Source of the DNA: Pseudomonadota bacterium | GTDB lineage: Bacteria > Pseudomonadota > Alphaproteobacteria > Caulobacterales > Maricaulaceae | Direction: 5' to 3' | NCBI GenBank assembly: GCA_039819095.1 | Contig: JBCBSP010000003.1 | Span: forward strand, 169,835-233,834 | DNA: 64,000 bases | Shown: piece by piece, positions 34,582 to 43,628 of the stretch | How the letters are laid out: each line of letters opens with the position of its first letter | Numbering within the stretch: position 1 is the stretch's first letter | Translations under genes and position numbers: made by a program | The notes under the pieces: generated by a model | Told to the model about the DNA's origin: nothing | The model's input: the letters and a program-made list of their open reading frames with translations, nothing else | Databases searched by the model: none

Positions 34582-35493
34582 ATGAGCGACGATTCCAGTC
34601 CAGGGCCGGACGCCGGTCCGGCAAACCAGGGCCTGTTTGCGCGCCTGGCCCGCGCTTTTTCAGGCCCGGGCGAAACCCAACTCGACGCCCCGGCGCTTGA
34701 GGGCGGCGCTGCGGAACCGCCTCACGAGCTCCAGCGCAACGCAGCCGCCTTCGACCGGCTGCGCGTCGCCGATGTCATGGTGCCGCGTGCCGACATCATC
34801 GCAGTGGATGGCGAAACCCCGCTTGGACAGCTGGCCAAACTGTTCGCCGAAGCCAGCCACTCGCGCCTGCCGATTTTCCGTGAAACGCTCGACGATCCGG
34901 TGGGGATGGCCCACATCAAGGATGTGATGAGCTATCTGGCCGGCGAGCCGTCCGGCAGCGAGGACTCAACACTTGGGGATCGTCAGATACTTGATGAAAT
35001 CCGCCGGCCCGTTCTTTACGTACCCGCCTCGATGCGCGCCATCGACCTGCTGGTGAAGATGCAGTCGCGACGCATGCATATGGCGCTTGTGGTTGACGAG
35101 TTCGGCGGCACGGACGGGCTCGTCACGCTGGAAGACCTGATTGAGCCGATTGTCGGCGATATCGAGGACGAGCACGATTCCGCCGACGCGCCGGCCATCA
35201 ACGCAAAGGGCCCGGCGATCTGGGAGGCGGATGCGCGCGCCGCCATCGAGGACTTCGAAAACGTCGTGGAGCGCGAGGTCGCGACCGAGGACGAGGAAGA
35301 TGATGTCGATACGCTGGGCGGTCTGGTCTTCATGATCGCCGGCCGCATACCTGAACGCGGCGAAGTCATTGTGCATCAGGCCGGATTCGAGTTCGAGGTG
35401 CTGGAATCCGATCCCCGACGCATCAAGCGGCTCCGCGTTCGCGACACCCGCAGCAGCAGCCCTGAGAGCGCAAACGGAGCCGCCCAGTCGTGA
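34582..35493 (+). CDS. corC: CBS-pair / CorC_HlyC domain protein (CorC/TlyC family)
   Basis: VADVMVPRADI..., two CBS repeats, and a transporter-associated C-terminal domain. Confidence 0.85.
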   Translation: MSDDSSPGPDAGPANQGLFARLARAFSGPGETQLDAPALEGGAAEPPHELQRNAAAFDRLRVADVMVPRADIIAVDGETPLGQLAKLFAEASHSRLPIFRETLDDPVGMAHIKDVMSYLAGEPSGSEDSTLGDRQILDEIRRPVLYVPASMRAIDLLVKMQSRRMHMALVVDEFGGTDGLVTLEDLIEPIVGDIEDEHDSADAPAINAKGPAIWEADARAAIEDFENVVEREVATEDEEDDVDTLGGLVFMIAGRIPERGEVIVHQAGFEFEVLESDPRRIKRLRVRDTRSSSPESANGAAQS

Positions 35494-37085
35494 AACGGGC
35501 CCTGCGCCGGTTCGCCGCCCGGATCCGAACCGCCCCTGGCTGGTTGCGGGCGCTGGTGTTGTTTGCAACCGGGGCCATAAGCGTGGTGGCGCATGCCCCG
35601 TTCCACTTCCAGCCGGTTCTGGCGGTCGCCCTGGTGGTGCTCGTGCTTTTCCTGGACGACGCCCGCCGCACGCGACATCCATTGCGTGCAGGCTTCTGGC
35701 GCGCCTGGTGCTTTTCAGCCGGCATGTTTCTGGCCGGCACATCGTGGGTGGCGAACGCCTTTCTGGTGAACGCCGCCGCCCATGTCTGGCTGATATGGAT
35801 GCCGCTCATCGCCCTGCCTGGCGGGCTGGCGCTGATCTGGGGCGCGGCGGGTGCGCTCTATGTCCGGCTGTCGAAGCCTGGGCCGACGCGCATCGCGGTC
35901 TTTACCGCCTGCTTCATCGCCGCGGAGCTTTTCCGTTCCACCGCTCTTTCCGGCTTTCCCTGGAATCTGCCCGGTCATATCTGGCCCGCCGGCGGGTATT
36001 TCAGCCAGATCGCCAGCCTGATCGGGGCCGCCGGACTGTCTTTCATCACCCTGTTCGCCTTTACCAGCCTCGCCGCCCTGTGGGGCAGAGGGCCTCGCCT
36101 GGCGCGAGCGCTTCCTCCCTCGCTCGGCGCGCTCCTCTTGGTAGGTGTGTTCAGCTTCGGTGCGGCGCGCCTGAGCACTGCCGAGTCGGAGGTGCGGCCC
36201 GGCCAGATGCTGCGACTGGTCCAGGTGCGCATCGACCAGGCCGACAAGGTCTATGAGAACAGGGGCGCCATTCTGGAGCGCTATTTGGAGCTGAGCGCGG
36301 CAGGCGGATTTGACGGAGTTTCGGCGGTTATCTGGCCGGAAGTCGCCATCCCGGCCTATCTGCAACAGGAACCTGAGCTGGTTTCGCGCATCAGCGAAGT
36401 CTTCGAAGGCGGTCCGCCGCTTCTCATGGGCGCGGCGCGGTATGAGTTTGCTGAGGATGCCGAGCTCTTCTTCAACTCCTTTTTCGTTCTGGAGTTTTCT
36501 TCCGGCGCCGCAGAAATCACCGGTGTCTATGACAAGACCCGGCTTGTGCCGATCGGGGAAGGCAATCCAATACGCTGGGCCACGGAAGCGTTCGGACTCA
36601 CCACGCTTTCGACCATTGCGCCCTTCTTCACGCCGGGCAGTGAACCGCGCGTGCTGGAATCCGCCGGTCTGCCAGCCTTTGCTCCGCTGATCTGCTATGA
36701 GGCGATCTATCCACGCTATGCGATTACTGGGGCCAAGCGCCCGTCATGGTTGTTGAATGTCTCCAATGACGCGTGGTTCGGGCATAGCTCCGGACCGATC
36801 CAGCTAATGGGTCAAGCCCAGTATAGGGCTGTGGAATCCGGACTTCCCGTGGTTCGAAGCGCTTTGGCCGGCGTATCGGGTCTGATCGACCCTTACGGAC
36901 GGCCGCTGGCGGCACTACCAATAGATGCAGAAAAAACCATTGATATTCCAATAGTTGCGGAACTGCCCGAAACATTCTACGCAAGACATGGAGACGCGCC
37001 CTGGCTCGGGATCGCGATTATGCTGCTGACCATGGTGCAACTGCTTCTGGTGTTGATCACGAAAAGAGTTCAGTTTCACCCTTAG
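35490..37085 (+). CDS. lnt: apolipoprotein N-acyltransferase
   Basis: N-terminal polytopic region (GFPWN motif), then a CN-hydrolase domain (IWPE..., LICYE, NVSNDAWFG). Confidence 0.9.
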   Translation: MKRALRRFAARIRTAPGWLRALVLFATGAISVVAHAPFHFQPVLAVALVVLVLFLDDARRTRHPLRAGFWRAWCFSAGMFLAGTSWVANAFLVNAAAHVWLIWMPLIALPGGLALIWGAAGALYVRLSKPGPTRIAVFTACFIAAELFRSTALSGFPWNLPGHIWPAGGYFSQIASLIGAAGLSFITLFAFTSLAALWGRGPRLARALPPSLGALLLVGVFSFGAARLSTAESEVRPGQMLRLVQVRIDQADKVYENRGAILERYLELSAAGGFDGVSAVIWPEVAIPAYLQQEPELVSRISEVFEGGPPLLMGAARYEFAEDAELFFNSFFVLEFSSGAAEITGVYDKTRLVPIGEGNPIRWATEAFGLTTLSTIAPFFTPGSEPRVLESAGLPAFAPLICYEAIYPRYAITGAKRPSWLLNVSNDAWFGHSSGPIQLMGQAQYRAVESGLPVVRSALAGVSGLIDPYGRPLAALPIDAEKTIDIPIVAELPETFYARHGDAPWLGIAIMLLTMVQLLLVLITKRVQFHP

Positions 37086-37157
37086 GGCGCTAAGCTCGAC
37101 GAGACTTTCAACCGACGCATTGCGTCAGGAACCATACGATAGACGGGGCTTGAAATC

Positions 37158-37586
37158 ATGAGCACGAACCCGAGAGGTCCTAATCCGATCGACCGACACG
37201 TTGGCGCGCGCGTGCGTCTTCGCCGCCAGCTGCTCAATATGAGCCAGGAAAAACTCGGCGATGAGCTCGGCGTCACCTTCCAGCAGGTTCAAAAATATGA
37301 GCGCGGGGCCAATCGCATCGGCGCCGGCCGTCTGTGGGTGCTGGCCCGCACGCTGGATGTCCCGGTCTCCTTTTTCTACGAAGGCGTGGCCGACAGCATG
37401 GCCCAGCCCGGCTTTGCCGAAGGCGATCAGACGCCCATCGTGGACGATTTCATCCAGTCTGCTGACGGCGTCGCCCTGGCGCAGGCCTTCGCCAAGATCC
37501 GCGATTCACGCGTTCGCCGGCGTGTGCTGGAGCTGGTCCGCACGCTGGCGGCGGAAGAGGCCGAAGCCGCAGCAACCGAGTCCTGA
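37158..37586 (+). CDS. XRE-family helix-turn-helix transcriptional regulator
   Basis: IDRHVGARVRLRRQLLNMSQEKLGDELGVTFQQVQKYERGANRIGAGRL. Confidence 0.8.
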   Translation: MSTNPRGPNPIDRHVGARVRLRRQLLNMSQEKLGDELGVTFQQVQKYERGANRIGAGRLWVLARTLDVPVSFFYEGVADSMAQPGFAEGDQTPIVDDFIQSADGVALAQAFAKIRDSRVRRRVLELVRTLAAEEAEAAATES

Positions 37587-37690
37587 TTGATCACGGCGCG
37601 CCCTGGCGGCGCAGCCGGCCTTGTCGATCACGGTGTGAAACCAGCTCAGCCGCTTAGAGGCTCTTGCCTTTGGGCGGCTGATCGGCTTTA

Positions 37691-37724
37691 CCGCTTCACA
37701 TAAAGCAATCTTTATATGGAGCGG
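37691..37724 (+). promoter_or_regulatory. metK leader hairpin covering the putative Shine-Dalgarno sequence and the ATG
   Basis: CCGCTTC(37691-37697) pairs with GGAGCGG(37718-37724), and the inner ATAAAG(37700-37705) pairs with CTTTAT(37710-37715) around a CAAT loop. GGAG 37718-37721 lies 6 nt upstream of an in-frame TTG at 37728. Confidence 0.35.
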
Positions 37725-38900
37725 CCCTTGGCGCGTACCTCTTACCTTTTCACCAGCGAAAGCGTCTCTGAAGGCCATCCTGACAAGGTGTGCGACCGGA
37801 TTTCCGACGCGGTGGTCGATCTGTTCCTGAAGAAGGACCCGGTGGCGCGCGTCGCGTGTGAGACGCTGACCACCACCAACCGGATCGTTCTCGCCGGCGA
37901 GGTGCGCTGCGCAGGCGAAATTCATGATGAGGAAATCGAGGCCGTCGCCCGCAATGCGGTGAAGGATATCGGCTACGAACAGGACGGCTTTCACTGGAGG
38001 GACGCCGCCCTGTCCAACTATCTGCATGAGCAGTCCGTGGACATTGCACAAGGCGTTGACGCCGGCAGCGGAAGCTTCACCGAAGAAGGCGCGGGCGATC
38101 AGGGCATCATGTTCGGCTATGCCTGTGACGAGACGCCGGAACTGATGCCGGCGCCGATCCTGTATTCGCACCAGATTCTCAAGGAGATGGCTCGGCTGCG
38201 TAAATCCGGTGAACGACCCGAATTCGAGCCGGACGCGAAGTCGCAGGTCACGCTGCGCTACGAAGCCGGCCGTCCGGTCGGCGTGACCAGCGTGGTGGTG
38301 TCCACCCAGCACAAGGCCGGCGTCTCGCTGGATGATGTGCGTGAAATGGTGCGCCCGATCGTCGCCGGCGTCCTGCCTGATGGCTGGTTTCCGCCGGAGG
38401 ACGAGTTCTACGTCAACCCAACCGGCAATTTCGTCATTGGCGGGCCGGACGGGGATGCCGGTCTGACCGGGCGCAAGATCATCGTGGACACCTATGGCGG
38501 CGCCGCACCGCATGGCGGCGGTGCATTTTCAGGTAAGGATCCCACCAAGGTGGATCGCTCAGCCGCCTATGTGTCTCGCTATCTGGCCAAAAACGTCGTG
38601 GCGGCTGACCTGGCGCGCAAATGCACCATCCAGCTATCCTACGCGATCGGCGTGGCCAAACCGCTCTCAGTCTATGTCGACACGCATGGGACGGGCCGGA
38701 TTGATGAGGCGAAGCTGGAAGCGGCCCTGCCGGAGATGGTCAATCTCAGCCCGCGCGGCATTCGCACCCACCTTCAGCTCAACCGGCCCATCTATGAGCG
38801 CACGGCCGCCTATGGTCATTTCGGGCGCACGCCGCATGACGATGGCGGGTTCTCCTGGGAAAAGACCGACCTGACAGACAGCCTGAAGGGGCTCGCCTGA
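37716..38900 (+). CDS. metK: S-adenosylmethionine synthase
   Basis: The [22 protein letters not shown] and [19 protein letters not shown] motifs are present. The alternative TTG start at 37728 gives [12 protein letters not shown], which looks more like typical MetK N-termini. Confidence 0.97.
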   Translation: MERPLARTSYLFTSESVSEGHPDKVCDRISDAVVDLFLKKDPVARVACETLTTTNRIVLAGEVRCAGEIHDEEIEAVARNAVKDIGYEQDGFHWRDAALSNYLHEQSVDIAQGVDAGSGSFTEEGAGDQGIMFGYACDETPELMPAPILYSHQILKEMARLRKSGERPEFEPDAKSQVTLRYEAGRPVGVTSVVVSTQHKAGVSLDDVREMVRPIVAGVLPDGWFPPEDEFYVNPTGNFVIGGPDGDAGLTGRKIIVDTYGGAAPHGGGAFSGKDPTKVDRSAAYVSRYLAKNVVAADLARKCTIQLSYAIGVAKPLSVYVDTHGTGRIDEAKLEAALPEMVNLSPRGIRTHLQLNRPIYERTAAYGHFGRTPHDDGGFSWEKTDLTDSLKGLA

Positions 38901-38911
38901 TACAGCGCAGG

Positions 38912-39742
38912 TTAACGCCAGACATCCGGGTCGAGTTGCGCCTCAAGCTCGACCGGCCCAGACAGGAAGACATGCCCGGCATCATCAGCACCGTCCCAGC
39001 GCACCGATAGCAGCCCGCCATCGGCTTCGATCTGCGCTTCACGACCGGCAAGCCCGCGCCGGTTGGCGGCCACCAGAGCAGCACACGCGCCCGTACCGCA
39101 AGCCAGGGTCAATCCAGCCCCGCGCTCCCACACACGCAACCGAATCTGATCGGAGCCGCGCAGCTCCGCGAAACCGGCGTTCACTCGTTCCGGGAAGAGC
39201 CGGTCCTGCTCGACCCGCGGCCCAAGAAGCGCCAGCGGCAGGTCGGCCACCGCCTCGACAAAGAAGACCGCGTGCGGATTGCCCATCGAGACCGCGCCGG
39301 GCGCGTGCAGCCGCACGCCATCCGCTTCGACCTCATAGTCCAGGCTGCGCGTGTCCATGGCCTGGCTCAGCGGGATATCGCGCCAGCCCAGACCCGGCGC
39401 GCCGAGATCGACCTCCGCCTCGCCACTGGCCAGGCGGCGAGCCGTCAGAGGCCCGCCGACGCTGTCAAAGGAAAGCAAGGCCGGCCCGCCCTCTTCAAAG
39501 ACATGCCAGGCGGCAGCCCTTGTCCCGTTCCCGCAAGCGCCCGCCTCGCCTCCATCAGCGTTCCAGAAACGAAGAGACAGACAATTATCGGCTCCATCAG
39601 CAAGCACGATCAGCTGGTCGAAAGGGTGGCGCGCATGCAAATCGGTCACCTCGCGCGTTGACGGGCGAGGCGGCGATGGCTCACCGCGGGCATCCAGCAA
39701 GATGAAGGCGTTGCCGGCCCCATTCATCGCATAAGCGCGCAT
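38912..39742 (-). CDS. dapF: diaminopimelate epimerase
   Basis: MRAYAMNGAGNAFILLD (the KMHG-GNDF equivalent), the catalytic-Cys contexts FWNADGGEAGACGNGTR and TLACGTGACA. The start is set at ATG 39742. Confidence 0.9.
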   Translation of the reverse strand: MRAYAMNGAGNAFILLDARGEPSPPRPSTREVTDLHARHPFDQLIVLADGADNCLSLRFWNADGGEAGACGNGTRAAAWHVFEEGGPALLSFDSVGGPLTARRLASGEAEVDLGAPGLGWRDIPLSQAMDTRSLDYEVEADGVRLHAPGAVSMGNPHAVFFVEAVADLPLALLGPRVEQDRLFPERVNAGFAELRGSDQIRLRVWERGAGLTLACGTGACAALVAANRRGLAGREAQIEADGGLLSVRWDGADDAGHVFLSGPVELEAQLDPDVWR

Positions 39743-39856
39743 GGCGTTAAGCTGGCGTGCGCCTTCCGGCTGCGCAAGCGCGAAGCTGCAGCCTTGGTGA
39801 TCGCGAGACCAGAGCGTATGCACGGTTACACACTATCGGTTTTGGAGTTTTTTCTC

Positions 39857-40573
39857 ATGCGCCCTGACGCTCGCCCGGTTGACGCCCTGCGCCCGGTCTC
39901 GTTCCAGCTTAACGCCGCACCCTACGCAGAAGGCTCCTGCCTTGCGGTGTTCGGCAATACGCGCGTCTTGTGCTCGGCCAGCGTGGAGGAGACTGTCCCA
40001 CCCTGGATGCGCGGGAGCGGCAAGGGCTGGGTGACAGCCGAATACGCCATGCTGCCGCGCGCAACGCACACACGCACGCGCCGTGAGGTCAACTCCGGCA
40101 AACCATCCGGCAGAACACAGGAAATCCAGCGCCTTATTGGTCGTTCCTTGCGGGCTGTCATCGATCTGAAAGCGCTCGGCGAGCGCCAGATCATCGTCGA
40201 TTGCGATGTGCTTCAGGCCGATGGCGGCACGCGCACCGCCTCCATCACCGGCGCGTGGATCGCGCTGAAACTCGGCTGCCGCTATCTGGTCGAAGAAGAC
40301 GTGCTGAAGACCGACCCGGTCCATGGCCAGATCGCCGCGATTTCAGCGGGCGTCGTTAATGGCGAGGCGCGTCTTGATCTGGAGTATGAGGAAGACCGGA
40401 TCGCCGGGGCGGACGCCAATTTCGTCCTGACGCCGGGCGGCGATGTGGTTGAAGTTCAGGCGACCGCTGAGGACAAACCCATCCCCGGCGCCCTGTTCGA
40501 GGACGTCTTTGCGCTGGCTCGTAAAGGAATCGCGGAGCTTTGCGTCGCTCAGAACGAAGCGCTTGCGCGTTAG
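39857..40573 (+). CDS. rph: ribonuclease PH
   Basis: MRPDARPVDALRPVSF..., GSCLAVFGNTRVLC, and CDVLQADGGTRTASITGA. Confidence 0.95.
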   Translation: MRPDARPVDALRPVSFQLNAAPYAEGSCLAVFGNTRVLCSASVEETVPPWMRGSGKGWVTAEYAMLPRATHTRTRREVNSGKPSGRTQEIQRLIGRSLRAVIDLKALGERQIIVDCDVLQADGGTRTASITGAWIALKLGCRYLVEEDVLKTDPVHGQIAAISAGVVNGEARLDLEYEEDRIAGADANFVLTPGGDVVEVQATAEDKPIPGALFEDVFALARKGIAELCVAQNEALAR

Positions 40574-41697
40574 ACTTCGGCAAGCTCCGGGGCCTCGGCC
40601 TCGCCTGCCAGCGAGAGCGCGAGATCCTGATGGAAGCCGATGCAGTCGGCCGGCTTCTTCATGGCCTTTTCCCGCTCCAGCCGGAATCGGATAAAACCGG
40701 AATAGTGCATGAGCAGAGCCAGGCTCTCGCCAGCATCGAAGGCGATATCCGGCGCCTGTTTCAGGAAGCCGATGAAAGGCCCTGGCTGGCGCCGTCGCGA
40801 GAAGGCGTCATAGGCGACCTTGTACTCGCCGAACAGAAGTCGCAGGGCGCCGTGATGGCCGCGAACGAAGCCGCGGCATCGTTCACGCACTTCAAGACAG
40901 AAGGTTCGGTCGGTGTCCGAGACGCCGGCCGGGACCGGGCTGTGCAAAAGCGCCCTGAGATCATGGGCGATGTCACGGCGGGCGCGTTCAAACACTTCGC
41001 TCTGATAGATCAGACATTTCCACGCGAACAGCGCTTCGATCATCTGTTCGGCGTCCAGCCCGAAAAACTCGTTCAGACGCTCCGCGTATTCGGCGAACTC
41101 GGCGCTGAACACCTTAAAGCAGAAGCCTTCGGCGATCCGCCGGGCCAGATCCTTCGAGCCGGTCGCCCCGAAGAAAAGCGCCTCAATATGCGCGAAGAGC
41201 AGATTAAGAATGGCCTGATCGCCGCCCGGTCCGGCCTGCGCCAGAGCATCGGGAAAGCCCAGCCCCTCCATCCGGCAACGCTCACGCAGCAGGAACCGGT
41301 CGAACATGGGCAGTTCTGAAAGAAGGCGAAGCCGTTTCAGGTCCGAGCCGAAATGCTCGTCAGCGCCGTCCGCCCCGCTCAAATAGGCGCCGAGCTTGCG
41401 AGTGAACCCCATCTCCTCCACGAAAAGCCCCGCCCCGCCGAGCGAGAGATCGGAAAGCTCGATCGGGAAGACGATCTTCGTCGCCGTGCGCCGGGCCGCG
41501 CCGATCTCGGCGCGCTCATGGGCGCGCAATGTGTGCTTAATGATCAGGGTGCGGTTTAGACGCGGAATATCGAAAAAGCCCTCGGTAAAGGCCTCCTCAA
41601 GCCCGCGCCCGATCATCAGCGCCAGATCGAAGATTCGCGGCGAGCCAGGCGACCGGCGGATCAGGGCGAGATCGCGAAAACGCGGTGACTGGGTCAT
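40570..41697 (-). CDS. hypothetical protein, 375 aa, predicted soluble and helical, no family recognised
   Basis: Long ORF with host-like composition. Only short alternative ORFs overlap it apart from one 259-aa antisense ORF (40540-41319). Its stop overlaps the rph stop (TTAG). Confidence 0.6.
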   Translation of the reverse strand: MTQSPRFRDLALIRRSPGSPRIFDLALMIGRGLEEAFTEGFFDIPRLNRTLIIKHTLRAHERAEIGAARRTATKIVFPIELSDLSLGGAGLFVEEMGFTRKLGAYLSGADGADEHFGSDLKRLRLLSELPMFDRFLLRERCRMEGLGFPDALAQAGPGGDQAILNLLFAHIEALFFGATGSKDLARRIAEGFCFKVFSAEFAEYAERLNEFFGLDAEQMIEALFAWKCLIYQSEVFERARRDIAHDLRALLHSPVPAGVSDTDRTFCLEVRERCRGFVRGHHGALRLLFGEYKVAYDAFSRRRQPGPFIGFLKQAPDIAFDAGESLALLMHYSGFIRFRLEREKAMKKPADCIGFHQDLALSLAGEAEAPELAEV

Positions 41698-41803
41698 GCC
41701 AAATGAGATCCCGGCAGCGGCGAGCGCGACCCGACCAGCCGCTCAGGCTGCGGTATGCCAGCCCTGGGTTAAGGGCCGGCTGACAGACGCGGACAATAAG
41801 GCG

Positions 41804-42028
41804 TTAATCGCCGTCCTTGTCTTCATCCGGCAGAAACACCAGAAGGTCGGCCGGCTGACACTCCAGCTCCCGGCACAAGGCCTCCAGTGTGGAAAAGCGC
41901 ACCGCCTTGGCCTTCCCGGTCTTCAGGATGGACAGGTTGGCCATGGTGATGCCCACGCGGTCGCATAGCTCGGTCAGCGACATGCGCCGCTCCAGAAGCA
42001 TGCGGTCGAGGGTGACTTGGATCGGCAT
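41804..42028 (-). CDS. YozG-like (HTH_26, Cro/C1-type) transcriptional regulator
   Basis: MPIQVTLDRMLLERRMSLTELCDRVGITMANLSILKTGKAKAVRFSTLEALCRELECQPADLL is the typical full-length pattern of this 70-80 aa family. Confidence 0.8.
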   Translation of the reverse strand: MPIQVTLDRMLLERRMSLTELCDRVGITMANLSILKTGKAKAVRFSTLEALCRELECQPADLLVFLPDEDKDGD

Positions 42029-42040
42029 GGTCCGCGCCCC

Positions 42041-42592
42041 CTAAATCGTCAGCTTCTGTTCAGCGCGAAGGCGTGCGCCCTCGCTGAACACTTCGGCCAG
42101 GACGAAAAGAACAGCGGCGGCGAACCAGGCGCCGAGATTGAGGCTGAACTCAGGGCTCAGATTAATGCTGGATTCCACCGGGCGTCCGAAAATGGTGAAA
42201 AATAGCGAGATCATGCCTACCGAGGCGTAGCTGATCAGCTGATAGGCCGCGATGGCGATGGCGATGGCCCGCAAATGTCCGGCATTGTCCGGAACGAACG
42301 GGTCGCCCTGCTTCAGCGTATCGAAGATCAGCCGCAGGCGATGCACAATGAAGGTGAGCGCGATAATCGCTGCGATCGCCAGGGGCAGGGCCAAGACGAC
42401 GTCCATGGCGAGGAACTGCAGCAGCGCAGCAGGAAGTTCCGGGCCCAGCCCGGTCAGCCGGTAGACACCGGCGATCATCATGAGAAGCATGATCAGGCTC
42501 GTGACGCCCAGAAGCGCCCAGAGCCCGAAATACAGGACATCGAGGAAGAGCTTGAACAGCGCGGCTATGGAGCCGGGACCCAGCGTTCTCAT
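42041..42592 (-). CDS. DUF2975-family membrane protein
   Basis: Four to five TM segments, the GDPFVPDNAGHLRAIA motif and a C-terminal ...RLRAEQKLTI. It has the canonical pairing, 12 nt upstream of a YozG-like regulator. Confidence 0.7.
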   Translation of the reverse strand: MRTLGPGSIAALFKLFLDVLYFGLWALLGVTSLIMLLMMIAGVYRLTGLGPELPAALLQFLAMDVVLALPLAIAAIIALTFIVHRLRLIFDTLKQGDPFVPDNAGHLRAIAIAIAAYQLISYASVGMISLFFTIFGRPVESSINLSPEFSLNLGAWFAAAVLFVLAEVFSEGARLRAEQKLTI

Positions 42593-42684
42593 GCACGTCC
42601 TCTAACTTGGCGTCCGGCGCGTCGTCCCGCTTTATCGGGGGAGGACAGGGCGAAGACAGTCGCGCCGGCTGCCTGCTGGACGGA

Positions 42685-42801
42685 TCACGCGACCGTAGGA
42701 AGGATCGCCGCCGCCATGCCGACGAACACGCCGCCGACCAGAATAGCGTTCAAAAGGACCGAAGCCATGTTGACGCCGTTGGAATTGTTGGACCTGACCA
42801 T
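42685..42801 (-). CDS. possible 38-aa single-pass membrane peptide
   Basis: A strong SD sits upstream (GAAGGAGAcaatgaaATG). The translation is MVRSNNSNGVNMASVLLNAILVGGVFVGMAAAILPTVA. It is too short for the ORF track and there is no homology evidence. Confidence 0.3.
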   Translation of the reverse strand: MVRSNNSNGVNMASVLLNAILVGGVFVGMAAAILPTVA

Positions 42802-42963
42802 TTCATTGTCTCCTTCGCAAGTGTTCGACCAACCGTTTGGGGCGCGCGCTCCGGTCTGTTTGACCGCCGGGCTCTGACCCTCTTTCTTGAGCCTTCGGGG
42901 TGTCCCCCGTCCGGCTCGAGAAGATAGATAGCGGAGCTCACATCGCTTCGCAACAAAAAAACA

Positions 42964-42988
42964 TCGAAAAACGATATGAATTTTTCGA
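42964..42988. promoter_or_regulatory. 8-bp inverted repeat TCGAAAAA-N9-TTTTTCGA in an AT-rich divergent promoter region
   Basis: Read directly. CGATATG occurs in the spacer (42972-42978) and again at 42993-42999. The site lies 17 nt upstream of the rdgB ATG (43005). Confidence 0.25.
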
Positions 42989-43004
42989 AAGGCGATATGC
43001 ACAG

Positions 43005-43628
43005 ATGGAGGTACTGGCCTTGGATACGGTGTTTTCAAGCGCCCCGCGCTGGGTGATTGCAAGCCATAACGCAGGTAAAATCAAAGAGATAGGAGAGCTG
43101 ATCGCACCGCACGGGCTGAGCGTGATCGGCGCCGGCGAAGCCGGTCTTGCAGAGCCTGAAGAGACTGAAAATACCTTCACCGGGAATGCGCGACTCAAAG
43201 CACGGGCCGCGGCAAACGCGTCCGGCGAGGTGTCGCTGGCTGATGATTCCGGGCTCTCGGTCACCGCCTTGGACGGGCAGCCGGGGATCTATTCGGCCCG
43301 ATGGGCCGGCCCATCGGGTGACTTCCCGGCCGCCATGACGCGGGTTGAAGCCGAGCTTCAGGCCCGAGGCGCGCGTGACCGCTCAGCCCGATTCGTCTGC
43401 GTTCTGGCGCTGGCCCACCCGGACGGGCGTACGCGCACCTTCAAAGGTCAGGTGAAAGGCGAACTCATCTGGCCGCCTCGTGGCGAAGGCGGGTTTGGTT
43501 ATGATCCGATCTTCAGCCCTGAGGGGCGCGCACAGACCTTCGCGGAGATGGATGCGCAGGAAAAGCTGGCGATGAGCCATCGCGCCGACGCGTTCGCCAA
43601 GCTTATGAAGGCGGTGTTTGGTCGATGA
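43005..43628 (+). CDS. rdgB: non-canonical purine NTP pyrophosphatase (RdgB/HAM1)
   Basis: [52 protein letters not shown] and GFGYDPIF are present. The start is set at ATG 43005. Confidence 0.9.
   Translation: MEVLALDTVFSSAPRWVIASHNAGKIKEIGELIAPHGLSVIGAGEAGLAEPEETENTFTGNARLKARAAANASGEVSLADDSGLSVTALDGQPGIYSARWAGPSGDFPAAMTRVEAELQARGARDRSARFVCVLALAHPDGRTRTFKGQVKGELIWPPRGEGGFGYDPIFSPEGRAQTFAEMDAQEKLAMSHRADAFAKLMKAVFGR

Noticed and set aside
42851-42914. The minus-strand leader motif CCGGACGGGGG...CCCGGCGGUCAAACAGACCGG resembles parts of the guanidine-III (ykkC-III) riboswitch consensus
   Set aside because: The match needs an insertion of about 33 nt. The downstream ORF is a 38-aa peptide rather than an SMR/Gdx exporter. 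Short GC-rich matches like this are expected by chance in this genome. A cmsearch would be needed to revive the idea.
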